The position numbers were made by a program, and so were the translations under genes. Under the pieces are notes generated by a model. The model did not search any database and was not told the DNA's origin. It saw only the letters and a list, made by a program, of their open reading frames with translations. DNA of 64,000 nucleotides from Octopus vulgaris (Eukaryota). Shown piece after piece: positions 1 to 12,327 of the stretch. The stretch is taken from assembly GCA_951406725.2 (NCBI GenBank), contig OX597833.1, positions 71,982,001 through 72,046,000 on the forward strand, read 5' to 3'. The first letter of the stretch is position 1; every line of letters begins with the position of its first letter.

Positions 1-315
1 TCGCTTTCCAAGGAGTCTTCTACTCTGTTTAATAAATCAACAGAGATCACGGGTCACTGGATTGACCATCTTTCTGAACTCCTGAACCGTGAGCCAGTTG
101 TGGGACGAAGCAGTGATTGACACCATGCAACAAACACCTGTCATTAGCTCCTTAAATTCCCTCAATAGTTCAGGTAATGGCATCAATAAGTGCATTGAAC
201 CTTGGTTAAGGCACCTGGTAAGGATGGTATTCGTGCTGAAGTCCTGTGATTTGGTGGTGATCACATCACACAGTCCCTTCGTGAACTTATAACTGTAATC
301 TGGACGGATGGTGCA

Positions 316-655
316 ATGCTTAAGGACTGGAAGGATGCAATTATTCTTCCTCTCTATAAAGGAAAGGGGGCCAGAGGAGAGTGTGGCAACTGCAGAGGTT
401 TTGTTCTACTGACAGCTGCTGGCAACGTTCTGGCAAGTATTCTTCTTACCCGCCAGAATGGGTGTTTCGTAAATGATGTCCTGTCTGAATCTCAGCGTGG
501 TTTCCGATCCGGAAGAGGAATGATGGACATGATTTTTACAGCGAGACAGATGCAGGAGAAGTGCTATGAGCAGAATATGGACCTTGTCCAGGTATTCATT
601 GATTTAACCAAGGTGTTTGATACTGTGAATAGGGCCTTGCTATGGAAAAATATTT
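316..655 (+). mobile_element. RTE-clade LINE reverse-transcriptase fragment
   Basis: ORF 316..657 reads KDWKDAIILPLYKGKG...LSESQRGFRSGRGMMDMIFTARQMQEKC..EQN..VFIDLTKVFDTVNR..LW, the N-terminal RT region typical of RTE/BovB-like LINEs; truncated. Confidence 0.85.
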
Positions 656-682
656 AAGTCTCAATCTTATTTTTATTACTTT

Positions 683-721
<39 letters not shown>

Positions 722-752
722 TACTACTACCACCACCACCACCACCACCACC
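683..752. repeat. Compound (ACT)n/(ACC)n microsatellite
   Basis: Directly visible; explains the poly-Thr ORF 642..980. Confidence 0.95.
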
Positions 753-767
753 TTCGGTATATTATTA

Positions 768-1137
768 ATATTACCTCCGCCTTTGCGAATGCGGGGGTAT
801 TCTTTTCAGTCATGTTTGTTTGTTTGTCCATGGACAAGATATCTCAATAACCACTGGATGGATTCAGATGGAACTTTCAGGGATGTTAGGCCTCGTGACT
901 GGCACAAACTGATTAGATTTTGGGATCGATCTGGTATCGGACAAGGATTCTGGGTTATTTTTCCTGTTCTTTTTACTTAATTTTTGAGAGCGGTCGGATT
1001 CATTTTTAGTATTCCCATTTGTGAGAGTAGCCGAGTTTATTTCAGATATTCTCATTTTAAAAATCCTCTCTGGCTAATCGTTGAGAGGACATTGGTGTTG
1101 CCTTGGCGGGGGTTTGTGCTCTCTGAGTGCTCTTGTT
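768..1137 (+). mobile_element. Non-autonomous Helentron-like (HINE/DINE-type) element, copy 1
   Basis: 5' TTACCTCCGCC with short hairpin, (GTTT)n near the 5' end, 3' inverted CCTTGGCGGGGGT followed by GTGCTCTCTGAGTGC and T-rich end; near-identical copy at 30071-30438. Confidence 0.7.
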
Positions 1138-1149
1138 ATTACTATTATT

Positions 1150-1375
1150 GCAAACTGGCAGAACCATCAGCACTCTGGACAAAAGGCTTCAGCACATTTC
1201 TTCTGGTTTACATTCTGAGTACGAATTCTACTGAGGATGATTTTGCTGTTCATCTTTTTGGAGTTGACAAAATAAGTACTAGTTATGGACTGGGGTTGGT
1301 AAATTCGACTTACCCCTGCCTCCCCACAAATTCCAGGCCTCGTGCCAATAATAGAAAGGATCATTATTATTATTG
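1150..1375 (+). mobile_element. Degenerate tRNA-derived SINE (family A)
   Basis: Similar to the intact copy at 29625-29857 (ttctgagtacgaattc...ttttgctgttcatc...gttgacaaaataagtac), ends in (ATT)n. Confidence 0.6.
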
Positions 1376-1399
1376 GCAACATATGTTTCTTGGATGTGC

Positions 1400-2482
1400 T
1401 CCAATACATTATCAGTGATGTGACCTATGCTTTGTCTGATGCTTTGGGTTTTTCACCATCAGAGACTCAAATCCAAGTGTCCTAATCTGGAGTTGATTAG
1501 ATCCGGATTCACATCCCAACATTTAGCCACCCCCCCGCCAATAATCGAAAGCCACTTGCTAACTCTGCAACTTAGCTTATAGATTGAATGCCCTCAATAA
1601 AACCCCTTTGAGCAAAGACTTATCAACACAAGCGTCCTTTAGAGACCCCTTCTTCGAGCTCAAAGCCGGTCTTCCGGCCCCTGTCCTGGCACTTCCCAAC
1701 TCTTTGTGCAATTCCTTTCAATGCTTTCTTCCCGGGCATGTCCTTTCGTAGTGTTAAACTTTTCATTTAAATATAGAATGATCTCATTGCTATTTCTAGC
1801 AACTCGAGCTGTCAAGGAGAGGACACCCCGGCTTCTTCTACGACTGTTCTCTGTACGATTAGGCGTCGGGCTCGCCGTAAGACCGACCGTCTGTCATTTG
1901 AACAGCTGATCCAGGTCTGAATCTAGGATTGATAGGGGAGATAAATCTGTAAATACGATTCTGTGTTATCGTTCTAGGGGAGATAAGTCAGGTGTGACTG
2001 TTATCCCCGGACACCTGGATCTCAACACAGCGAACTTAATCTGAGCATTTATTGATGAGCCGCCGCTGCAGGTCAGCTTCCGACGAGCAGACTTGTGATT
2101 AAAAGCCTTACTTTCAGATAGATGTGATCGACCAATAAGTATGAAATATCTAAACCACAAAACACCCACAAAGTTATCAACCACCTCACCAACAACAACA
2201 CTGAACACCTTTTTGATCTCCATGTGTCCAACACACGTGGACATGCCTACAAAGTCAGAAAACAACACAGCTCCCATGACTTTCGGAAACATTTTTTCAT
2301 GCTCAGAGTTGCTGAAGCATGGAACAAACTGCCTGCGTCAGTTGTTGACTGCCATGACACTGCATCCTTTAAGGCCCTCATGCTTTCCGAAATCCGCCGA
2401 AACTACACCTGATTATATATACACTTTAGATGAGTTGTAGTGCACCTGAGCACTGTACACAATGTTTATTATTATTATTATT
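1400..2482 (+). mobile_element. Internally deleted CR1-like LINE with (ATT)n tail
   Basis: ORF 2224..2412 TRGHAYKVRK...RKHFFMLRVAEAWNKLPASVV..FK is the CR1 ORF2 C-terminus; ends in (ATT)n at 2466-2482; 5' boundary approximate. Confidence 0.7.
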
Positions 2483-3867
2483 AAATAATAAAGTGAAAAG
2501 TAAAAAAATAGATGACTAAAAACATTTCTTTTTTTGTGCAGAAGCATTTCGTTCTGACGATTATGTTTAGGAAAGAAATATGGGATAAAGGGTTAAAATT
2601 AGGATGTGTAGGAAAGAAGTTCATTGAAATAGAAATATAACTGTCAGATTTAAATAACTCAGGCATTGAATGCCGCAAGGAGGACGTTTGGAAAAAGAAA
2701 ACCGCAATAACTGATTATATCAATAGAAATTTTTCTTCTTTGAGGACACAAGTTGCATTCTCACCTGCCAGCAGTTGTCCACGATGCCCTACAAAGCCCA
2801 GTAAACCTCCACATCTGGAGCAAGAGGGAGATACTCTACTTCTTGTTTGGTTCTGAAACTGGACCTTTTCATCATCTCAGTAATTAATCAGAAATTGTCA
2901 TCATTGGTGAAACGACAAGGTACTCAATGCGGTTAATGAGAGCAGAGCCATTGTTATAAACATCGCAAAGCCCTTTCCTCCCTCAAATCGTCACAACTTG
3001 AGAAAAACCCTGCACAAAGTCCTCAACAAGGACGAACTTTCTCTGCAAGGCCTCAGGTAGGCAGCTGCATGTCAATTTGGGTGGGCAAGCAGCTGAGGTT
3101 TCCACAGCATAGCTTCAGCCAGAGGTGATCATCACCTCTAACAAAACTGATCAATGCCATTTTTATAACCACACATAACAATTCCGTCATTGGTAAACTG
3201 TACAACCCAACGTTCGTCCCTTCGACAGTTGGAAAACTTCTTTCTTCACATAACAACAAGAATCAACAACAAAACTCCTCACTTATACAGAATAACAATT
3301 TTTATTGTATAAAGTGCAATAAATCAATAAAACAAATAAATCTGATGTAAGGGAATCATTTGGTTTTCTTTCAAATCTGAATTCTATTTCGGTGATCAGA
3401 GTCTACTTAATTCGTCTTCAAAGATTTCTTAATTTGAACCTGGAAAATATAGTAAAACACGAAATGATTGCTTAATTACCAAATGACAGTGCACAAACGT
3501 ATTTTTGTTTTTATATATAGTGTATACAAAACATAAATATTTAACTATGCAGAATTCGATGTCATACAAAGCCTTGGAGGGGTGAGATCTAAGGGACCAT
3601 TTTTTAGAAATATGTTTATTAATGGAGTCCTTAAGACTAACATTCACATGTGGTACTCACAGGAACATTATTAGAAATCCCGTTGCTGTGACGGGCAGGA
3701 TATCTATTATTGTAACATGTAGGATTTGTATTAAAATTGAGACATTCATGTAGGGTGGAGTGGGAAGTCCAATACTAGTAGCAACATGGAGATTTCTGGT
3801 GTTTTAATCAGCAGACACCAACACCTCAGAAACTCAACCATATAAGCACTGAAATGTGAAGTTATAT

Positions 3868-3899
<32 letters not shown>

Positions 3900-4216
3900 A
3901 GAATAAGTCAATGAGGGAGACTACATGGTTACTTGAAATAGCAACCAAATCTCCCTCAAATTACACATAACCAGAAGTGGATAATGGAGTCTTAGATACA
4001 CTGTCTGTAAAAATAAATGTGGAGGAATGGTCACAATAGGAATGTCATTAAACACAGGATTACTGGATCATGATTGGCTTGGGGCTAAATAACAGCAACA
4101 AAAACCACAAAATGTTTAAGAAAATGAGACTGATGCCTACTGTGCTAAGCCATGGAAAACAGATGATGGTGATGATGATTTAAGATGTCACAGAAAAGTG
4201 GAGGCCTTACCTAATC

Positions 4217-4393
4217 TTACGTTTTCACTAAACCAGCAGCCTTCAGTTTCTCTACTAAATCTTCAACTGATTCCACCTTTTGACCAGCTTCTCTGACTGG
4301 AGGGTTCTCAATGGAGATTATCTTGTGCTTAGGAGTTACGTCAACACCAAAATCTGCAGCTTTCTTCTTGGCTAAAGGCTTCTTTTTAGCTTT
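4217..4393 (-). CDS. ETFB: ETFB coding exon 6 (last coding exon)
   Basis: cacag acceptor, KAKKKPLAKKKAADFGVDVTPKHKIISIENPPVREAGQKVESVEDLVEKLKAAGLVKT, TAA at 4219-4217. Confidence 0.9.
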   Translation of the reverse strand, partial: KAKKKPLAKKKAADFGVDVTPKHKIISIENPPVREAGQKVESVEDLVEKLKAAGLVKT

Positions 4394-4863
4394 CTGTGTG
4401 AAAGAATTGAAGGATAAAAGTAATCAAAAGTAGATAATAATAATAATAATAATAATAATGATTCCAAATTTTTTGCCATAAGGGCAGCTTGGGGGGAAGG
4501 GATTAAGTCGATTACATCAACCCCAGTGCGTAACTGGTACTTATTTAATCGACTCCCAAAAGGATGAAAGGCAAAGTCAACCTCAGTGGAATTTGAACCC
4601 AGAATGCAGTGATGAGTGAAATACCACAAAGCATCTTGGATCATGATGATGATGATGATGATGATTTCAGTTATAAAAAAAATGAAGGAAGATGAACAGG
4701 TTAGAAATTTATGAATTTATTTTCTTGACAATTTCAAATTTCGTTGTTTCATAAAAAATATTTTTGTTTCACTAAACACCCCAGGAGGGGAGTAAATTGA
4801 AACAAGAGACTTCTTCGTATATTATTCCTTATCAGTTGATGTTCAGTAAAAAGTTTCACTTAC

Positions 4864-5022
4864 CATAATGTTTGGCAGAGTTGCATAACGAGGTTCGTTA
4901 AGCCTCAAATCAGCACTGACAACTGCAGGTAATTTCACTTCAATATCTTCTAATCCACCATCAATTTCACGGGTTACAGTCATCAAACCATCCTTTAGAG
5001 CAACTTTAGATGCAAATGTTGC
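4864..5022 (-). CDS. ETFB: ETFB coding exon 5
   Basis: ATFASKV...[10 protein letters not shown]...[23 protein letters not shown] (ETF-beta signature), 159 nt, AG/GT flanks. Confidence 0.97.
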
Positions 5023-5728
5023 CTTTACAAATAAAACAAATATTTTAAAATTAATTTCATTTCTTTCATTCTGTTCACTCAAAAAAAAAAAAAGGTTTCC
5101 TTTCAGAGTTCCACCCCAAAGAAAGTTTTTTTTAAAATTATCTTTTGCAACCCCTATCCACTCTCTTCCCTGTGTTCCTCTCCCCAGTCACTTTTATTCA
5201 CTTCCTCTCATTCCTCAACACTTGTTCTTCATTCATATCTCTCCCACCTCACTCTCCACAAACCCCTTGCAGCCTCTACCCACCCACACTCCGTTATGTT
5301 GCCCATTCACTTCTACTCACCTCCTACCTTAAGGGTCCTCCCTGACACTCCATCAACTCTATCTCATCTCTCATTTCAGCCCCACAAAATGCTTTCTCCC
5401 TCCCTTCTAGAATCCAAGCAGCCTTCTACCTCTCCTGGCCCCTTTCATCTCCCAACATAAAGTCGAAGGGGATCTTAGTCTTTCGTGTGGTGTCTTTACT
5501 AGAGCTGCCCAGTCCACCCTGGAAAGTAGTCAGTATATACTACGGGACTCCGTCGGTTACGATGGTTCCCCAGTTCATCTCAGTTTATTTGTTCTCAGTG
5601 GCTCACACATATAAGCAATACACATCCTGCTGAGCTCAGCATTGAGCTGTGTTTGTTTCTGTAAATCCACTCTCCAGCCCCACCCCCCTTCATAAAGCTT
5701 AATTGCTAATGAAAGTAAGAGTCCCTAC

Positions 5729-5791
5729 CTGTGGCCAGTCTAAAAGTGCTGCTGTCATCTGAGCAGTTTGGTTGCAGTCATCGTCAATGGC
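5729..5791 (-). CDS. ETFB: ETFB coding exon 4
   Basis: [21 protein letters not shown], 63 nt, cag/gtag flanks. Confidence 0.97.
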
Positions 5792-5946
5792 CTGTTGGAT
5801 GCGAAAAAGAATTGTTGGGTGAATAAGGCTGGCAGAGAGAAGAAATAAACATGTTTGGACTGTTCTGCTTCCATGGACTAATGTCTGTGCATGTGTGTGT
5901 GTGTGTGTGTGTGTACCTTTCTTGATCTCTCTGTGTATGTATATGC

Positions 5947-5980
<34 letters not shown>

Positions 5981-5981
<1 letters not shown>

Positions 5982-6118
5982 GAGGTATGGGCATGTGGTT
6001 AAGAAGTTTGCTTCCCAACCATGTGGTCTCGGGTCCAGTCCCTCAGCACAGCACCTTGGGCAAGTGTCTCCTACTACAGCCTCAGGATTTGGTAGATGGA
6101 AACTGAAAGAAGCCCATT
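5981..6118 (+). mobile_element. tRNA-derived CORE-like SINE (family B), partial
   Basis: tgtggttaagaagtttgcttcccaacc...gcaccttgggcaagtgtct...ttggtagatggaaactgaaagaagccc, flanked by (GT)n/(TA)n. Confidence 0.75.
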
Positions 6119-6298
6119 GGATATATATATATATATATATATGCAATTAATGAAAACATCTAAATTTTTATCACTTCAAAATATTGCAATGATTTAAACA
6201 CATGACAACCATCGTTGGCAGACTTCTCTATAATAAATGCGTCTGTCCTTAAGTAGCAATCAAGTGATTCTATTAATTGTGAAATATGGAACCTGTAC

Positions 6299-6457
6299 CT
6301 GTTTTCCTAAAAGAACGACATCTATCTTTTCATCCTGAGCAATCTTTGCCAATATTTTGGAGATGTGGAATGGCTGTGCATTGAGATATTCTGCTGGTTT
6401 CATTTCAACATGAATGGCTTTGTCAGCACCCATTGCCAAAGCTGTCCGTAAGGTCTC
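6299..6457 (-). CDS. ETFB: ETFB coding exon 3
   Basis: [18 protein letters not shown]...[22 protein letters not shown], 159 nt, tag/gtac flanks. Confidence 0.97.
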
Positions 6458-7035
6458 CTAGAAACATAAAACGGCACAGGAAAATTCAATGTTTCAATTC
6501 ACAGAGTAAAGACCAAAGGAACTTATCTGAAAGGAATATTACAAAAGCAAAATTAGGACTTGTTAAGTTGTGAAATAAAAAGTTTGGTTCTTTTGTCATT
6601 TCAAGACAAACCTTTTTGTTTTTATATTCCTGTTGAGATGTTCTACTGTTTTTTAAAATTAAATTAATGAAGAATTTAGTGAAATAACTTTGTCATTATT
6701 TGGAAGATAAATTAGCATAAAATTTTCAACAGAAAGTTTTAATTTAAACAACTTTCAAATAGGAAGTTTGCATCACAGACCATAGAGCCGTCTCAGACGA
6801 GTTGGTATAAAAAGGGTTGACCCCAAGTCAGCCTTTATCCAGCTGACTAGTGACCAAAAGTATTCTAGCAATTACCATTCTGTCTGTTCTCTCTCTCCTT
6901 TTTTGAAGATGCTATGGCATTGTTTGATTGGCATTTCCAGCAATGTGAACAGCCATTTACATACGTTGACACTTCCTACTCTCTTGTAAATGGAGGACCA
7001 TTCAGGAAGAACACAATCAAAGAAACAGACATTAC

Positions 7036-7194
7036 CTGTGACTGTGTTGGGCCACATGACACAGCGATGACTTCTTTGGCGATTTTCTTCTCCTTCATCC
7101 GGACGGCTTCCTCAATAGCAATTTCATCAAAAGGGTTCATGCTATGCTTCACCCCATCTGTTACCACACCACTTTTGTCAGGTTTAACTCTGAT
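7036..7194 (-). CDS. ETFB: ETFB coding exon 2
   Basis: [53 protein letters not shown], 159 nt, tttcag/gtaat flanks. Confidence 0.97.
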
Positions 7195-7430
7195 CTGAAA
7201 CAGTGAAGGAAAAAGTGGGGGAAAAACGGCAAATAAAAAATATACACATGCCATGTGTATATATATATATATATAATTAATTAATAAGGGTGAGAGAATT
7301 AGATACTAATTAAATAGTATATCTATTCAACACCAAGTGGCCTAGTGCTCCGAGAAACCTGGATTATTATAATATTTTATAATATATTATAATATTTTTA
7401 CAAAATAAATATAAGAGAGTGGTCACTATA

Positions 7431-7461
<31 letters not shown>

Positions 7462-7559
7462 TATATATGACAGATCAAGCTAAGTAAAATTGTGGTCACC
7501 CACACATTAACAAGTACGTCCTTTATGGCCATGACCCCCTCCTCCTTCTTTGACTTGTG

Positions 7560-7823
7560 CAACATCTTGAGGTGCCAGTGCCCCATGAAATGCACTTGTG
7601 TTGGTGGCACGCAGACCCACTCGTGCTGGTGCCACGCAGGCCCACTCGTGCTGGTGGCACGTAAAGAGCAGCCAGCATAGTCTGTAAAGTAGTTGGTGTT
7701 AGGAAGGGCATCCATCTGTAGACAATTGGAGCCTGGTGCAGCTCTCCAGCCTTGCCAGCTCCTGTCAAACTGTCCAACCCATGCCAGCAAGGAAAGCAGA
7801 TGCTAAATGAAGATGATGATGAG
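7560..7823 (+). mobile_element. RTE 3'-tail fragment ending in (GAT)n
   Basis: gttggtgttaggaagggcatcc...ccaacccatgccagc...gatgatgatga; same tail as the LINE at 12328-14790. Further copies near 15150, 15305, 18950, 28600, 35290, 45060, 51960 and 54770. Confidence 0.8.
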
Positions 7824-9399
7824 CCATATATAATCCAATGGAAAATTAACTTACTAAGAGGATTTACCAGTGGAAATGCTTTTTTGAAATGTTAGATCAA
7901 CAATACAACTGTCATTGGTTTTATGTCCATTTTTCAATGCTTGCATGGGTCGGAAGGAATCCCTTGAGGCCGATTCTTCTATGGCTGAATACTCTTCCAG
8001 ATGCCAACTCTCACCTGTCTCCAAGTAAGGTAACATTTCCCTGCAGCTGGGCAAATTTTCACAGACTATTCCTTTCTACTAAAAGCACAAGCCCTGGCAT
8101 TTTGGGAGAAGGGGACCAGTCAATGACACTGACCCTGGTCCTCAACTGGTTCTTATTTCATTGACCCACAAGGGGTGACAGGCAAAGTTGACCTTGGTGG
8201 AATTTGAACTCTGAACACAAAGACAGACAAAACGCAGCCAACAGTGGTACTTGTTTACGACTATTACGAGATGCCAAGACAAGCAAACACAGACACCGCC
8301 ATGACGCACACATGTATATACATAAATGATGGGCTTCTTTGTTGCTGCTTACCAAATCCACTCGCAAGGCTTTGATCGGCCTAGGGTTTTAGTAGAAAAC
8401 TTTTGAGGTGCCTTGAGGTGAGACTGAACCCTAAACCACATGTTTAGGAAGCACAAATGTTAACCACTCAGCCAAGCCAAGCCTTTGCTGAGCTGTTTAT
8501 AGACATCTGGATACATATAAAGATGTGTTGTTGTCATCTAGCCTCTCTTCAGCCTTATACAAGCTGATCTATGGCAATCCAGCCATGACTATCCTGACTT
8601 TTATTAGGGTAGTGAGCTGCAGACTACGTTATCCAATGTGTCCTATGTTCAAGACAGTTGTGATTTGAGGGAAATTTGACTGCTATTTTTAGCAGATCCT
8701 GTGAATGGTGAGTTCTGAAGCATAAAAACAATTTACGCTATTTCTTGTCACAGCGATCTATGCCATTATTATTAGTCCAATATTTCAAGAGACTAACTTT
8801 GTTTATCCTTAGATACAGAAATTAAAGGCAAGCAGCGGACTCGATTCTCAGAGAATTCACGTCTACCTTACGTGACTGATTAGAACTTAACCCGAACGCT
8901 AAACTTTATTGAGGTCAAGGGGAATAACCAGCCCAAGTCAGAAACTAGAACACAGAAACCGTTTTAGTCAATCATTTATTTTTTAGATGCCTTTTCAGAG
9001 AAGAAAATTAAACTATGTAAATCTATGTAGACCCATTCATTCAACCAAAGTACAAAATCGTTGGAAATATTTTTGCAAGAGGGTGAGTGGGGATGATCGA
9101 GTATCTGTGGGTGTAAGTTCCTGGAGAGGTGAGTTACTGGCGTTCATTTTCTCAATTTATAGTTTCTATTAATCTTTTTAAGGGTGAACATCAACATTTT
9201 ACAGTATTGAAAGTTAGTTATTGCTTAGGATCAAGGAGACTTATAATCAAAGTAGACTATCTTGTCTAATGACAAAGCTTATCTAATGGTGAGGTGTCAT
9301 TTGAACGAAATTTGGCTGCTATTTCTAGTAGGTCGGACGACTACAGAAAGGCTTTCTTCTTTGTCTTGTCAACTTTATGGGAATCAAGGAGCATTTAAT

Positions 9400-10300
9400 G
9401 AATAGAATTCGTGTATAAACAATAAAATCCAATTCAAGGTACAGCTCCTTTATGGGGCCAAAAATGGGTGTGTCAGGTGTCAGCGTAAAAGAAAAAGAAA
9501 ATAGCGCTGGCAATGGTAAGAGGTTATCTCAGAAAAAAGGGGCGGTTTGAGAGATTAACGACAATCGATAACGGAGTGGAGCTAAAGAAATAAAAAGATT
9601 AGAATGTCAAATCTCCAAAAAAAGAAGCTGTCAACAAATGTGTTTGGATTCCACCCGAGGGATTTGTTGGGACGAATCTTCATCAGGAATGTTTATGTAA
9701 GCGTTTGATCCGGGGGTGAAGCAGCCAGATCTGAACATTTGATTCACTGCATTAAACTGAATCACATTTAAACCCATCACTTACGTAACCCAACACGAAA
9801 TAAGCGGGACACAGTCTGAAAACCACCTTCGATCCGCTTTGGAGTGGTAAGGATTCTAAAATCCTGTAAACCTGGCGTGATTTATGTAAGGGGAAGGGAC
9901 TGGGGACAGGATTTCCCCGAAGGGTTATATCATGAAAAGTCTATCGGAGGATGAGATCCAGTTGGAGTCTACTGAATCCAGAGCAGCAATCGGTTTAATA
10001 ACGAAATGACAACTGTGGGTACGACGGGTGTAGTGTCCTAGGTAAGGGCATTCGCGAAATATAACGGAATATTACAGGATACTTGTTTCAGAGCAAACAT
10101 ATATGTGAGAGAGGTAAGAGAGAAACAATCTATTCAATAAGTCTGAACAGTAAATCCGACGAAGAGAAACGAAACAAGTGAGACGATGCGATATAAAAAT
10201 GATTTGGAAAAGCGCAAGGGCAAAGGTCATTGTATGATACTCAGAGGTACAAACCTTGGAATATATATAAAAACGTAAGGGCAAATAAATACAGGCGGTT
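9400..10300 (-). mobile_element. Heavily degraded CR1/L2/Jockey-like RT relic in ETFB intron 1
   Basis: Minus-strand remnants GEILSPVPSPYIN (cf. QGSxLSPxLFxxYIND) near 9900 and NVIQFNA near 9760; boundaries approximate. Confidence 0.4.
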
Positions 10301-10533
10301 CCTTATAATACAGAGGGACATTCCTCAACGAAACAAGTTCAAATAAACAACAGAAACAATAAAACAGATTCGAATAAGAAAAGGTGAAAGAAAAGTTTCT
10401 TCTTCTCCACAAGAATTTGATAGAAAAAAGAAGGATTTTCTCTCTGAAAACTAATCATATTAAATGGAAACGAAACCCGAGTGTTGCCTGCTCGTTCGGT
10501 GTCTCTTTCTGGTGCAGAGACATTCGTATTTAC

Positions 10534-10590
10534 CTTCACAGCGTAATCAATGACTCGTTTCACGCCGACCAAAACACGAAGCGAAGACAT
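10534..10590 (-). CDS. ETFB: ETFB coding exon 1 (electron transfer flavoprotein subunit beta)
   Basis: ATG at 10590-10588, MSSLRVLVGVKRVIDYAVK then GTAAAT donor. Six exons of 57/159/159/63/159/177 nt join to 774 nt (257 aa). Confidence 0.97.
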
Positions 10591-10669
10591 TTCCGATCCG
10601 TCGTCGTCCTCCGCCAAACACACACTCTTTCGATCTTCTCTTCGTAAAGAGTTACACGTTTCACAAACA

Positions 10670-10725
10670 AAGCCACAACTTCCGGTCGTCCGCTGCACGT
10701 GGCTTTTCGTTCCCGGAATTTCTTT
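10670..10725 (-). promoter_or_regulatory. Putative ETFB core promoter
   Basis: CpG-rich patch about 90-130 nt upstream of the ATG with ETS/GABP-type ACTTCCGG (10678-10685), E-box CACGTG (10696-10701) and TTCCCGGAA (10710-10718). Confidence 0.55.
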
Positions 10726-12327
10726 TTTCTAAATAAAATGACTCAAAGTTGGATGTTTTTTGGGAATAGACATCGACCGATCAGTACTTTATTTTATCGA
10801 TCTCGCAAGGGCAGAAGACAAAGTTGACAGAGACTGGATTTAAGCTTAGAACGCAAAAGGGATGCAATTAAATACCGATGCTTGAATGGATATTTAGGTG
10901 AATCGACGCAACTCTTTACCTCAGACTGGAATCATTAAGTTGTATGGAGGGACAACATGTATAAAAGAATTTGGATGAATCGATTACACTAAACAGTTGA
11001 ATCGAGGGAAACTGGTGATGGTCTCCGCAGGCAATTAATTAGTAAGTATAACTCGTGCAAAAGTAGAACAGATTGGTTTGAGGAAGAGAAAAAGTCTGAC
11101 ATTTCGGGTAGAACCATTTCCAAACGAAGGCTTTACCCGGAATATTAAACTTTTCACCCCATTAAAAGAAACTTTTGAAAAGTATTTTATTTGGAAGGAT
11201 TATCACATTTTTTGTGTTTCAAACACGAAGTTGTTTAATACTTGACGCCTGTTTAAAGGTCCCTGTTTTATAATTTGCCCAGATTTGACTTCGCTTAACT
11301 TAGATCTATGACATGGAGATGATCTCTTTTAATCTACTCGCTTTTCCTCTTCCTCTTCTCCCTTCACATCTTTTTAATCGTTATTTTCATCACCATTATC
11401 ATCAATTCTGCAACAGTCATTCTCCACAGTCAGCATATTCACCAAACTGTCCTTCTTTGTATTTCTTCCCGTGCGTGTGTGCATCAACGGACCTGTAGCA
11501 CTTACACCCCACTCCTTTTCGTAGGATAAGGGTGTATATACTTCCAAGTCTTCCTATATAACTGGTATTCCTATACATTGCAGTAGGAATTTTTAGGGCG
11601 CAAAAAAGGTAAAGAAACGTATTTTCTTAAGCATCGTAAATTACGGTTTTTAATTCTATTTTTCAGATTTATGTGAGATTATGATTCTTACGAACCGACC
11701 CACCGACATTCTGTCCCTGTTTCCTCTTGTACTCATCTTCTTGTACTTTGAGAGTACACCCTGACACCTCATTACTACCATCTTTATCTCTTTTTCCAGC
11801 TCCTCCTGCCCTTACGTTGCGCTCCTTCATCGCAAGACACCTGTCCCTTTACCTTACTACTTTGAACTCTTAACACCCGCCACAAAGCCCCTTCCCTTTC
11901 TACTACACCCCTACTCACTCAAGGGGGGGGGGCGTTTTCTTTGTCTTGTCAGTTACTTGAAAGCATTACGAGTGTCGGGGACACACAAAGAAAAACCCAT
12001 CCTGTACATTCTGTAAAATGGTTGGCATTAGGAAGGACATCCAAGCGTAGCAGACATTGGAGCCCAGCGCAGTCTTCCGTCTCTTTGGATCCTGTTGAAC
12101 CGACCAAAATCATGCAAGCAGGGAAAACGCACAATAGTAATGACTTACTATTTTGCATATCTATGAAGATATTGTCCAACGTACGTGTCCATCTTGTAAG
12201 ACTACATGATAGTGCGCGATTTGAGGGAAATCTAGCTACTCTTTTTATCAGGCTTAGCAGCTGAATAAAACTCTTATTGGTTTGGGCTAGAGGCAATAGT
12301 ACGCTCTGCTGGATGTGCAATGTCAAT

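Noticed and set aside
642-1418. ORFs 642..980 and 984..1418 as genes
   Set aside because: They run across a microsatellite, a Helentron-like element and a SINE; no protein-family signal.
10591-10698. N-terminal extension of ETFB suggested by ORF 10339..10698
   Set aside because: Starts at a non-ATG codon within promoter motifs; homology begins at MSSLRVLV (10590) and ETFB has no presequence.
11095-11155. Penelope-type minimal hammerhead (gacatttcggg...gaaggctttacccggaat)
   Set aside because: Catalytic CUGANGA and GAAA cores are not intact; at most a decayed relic.
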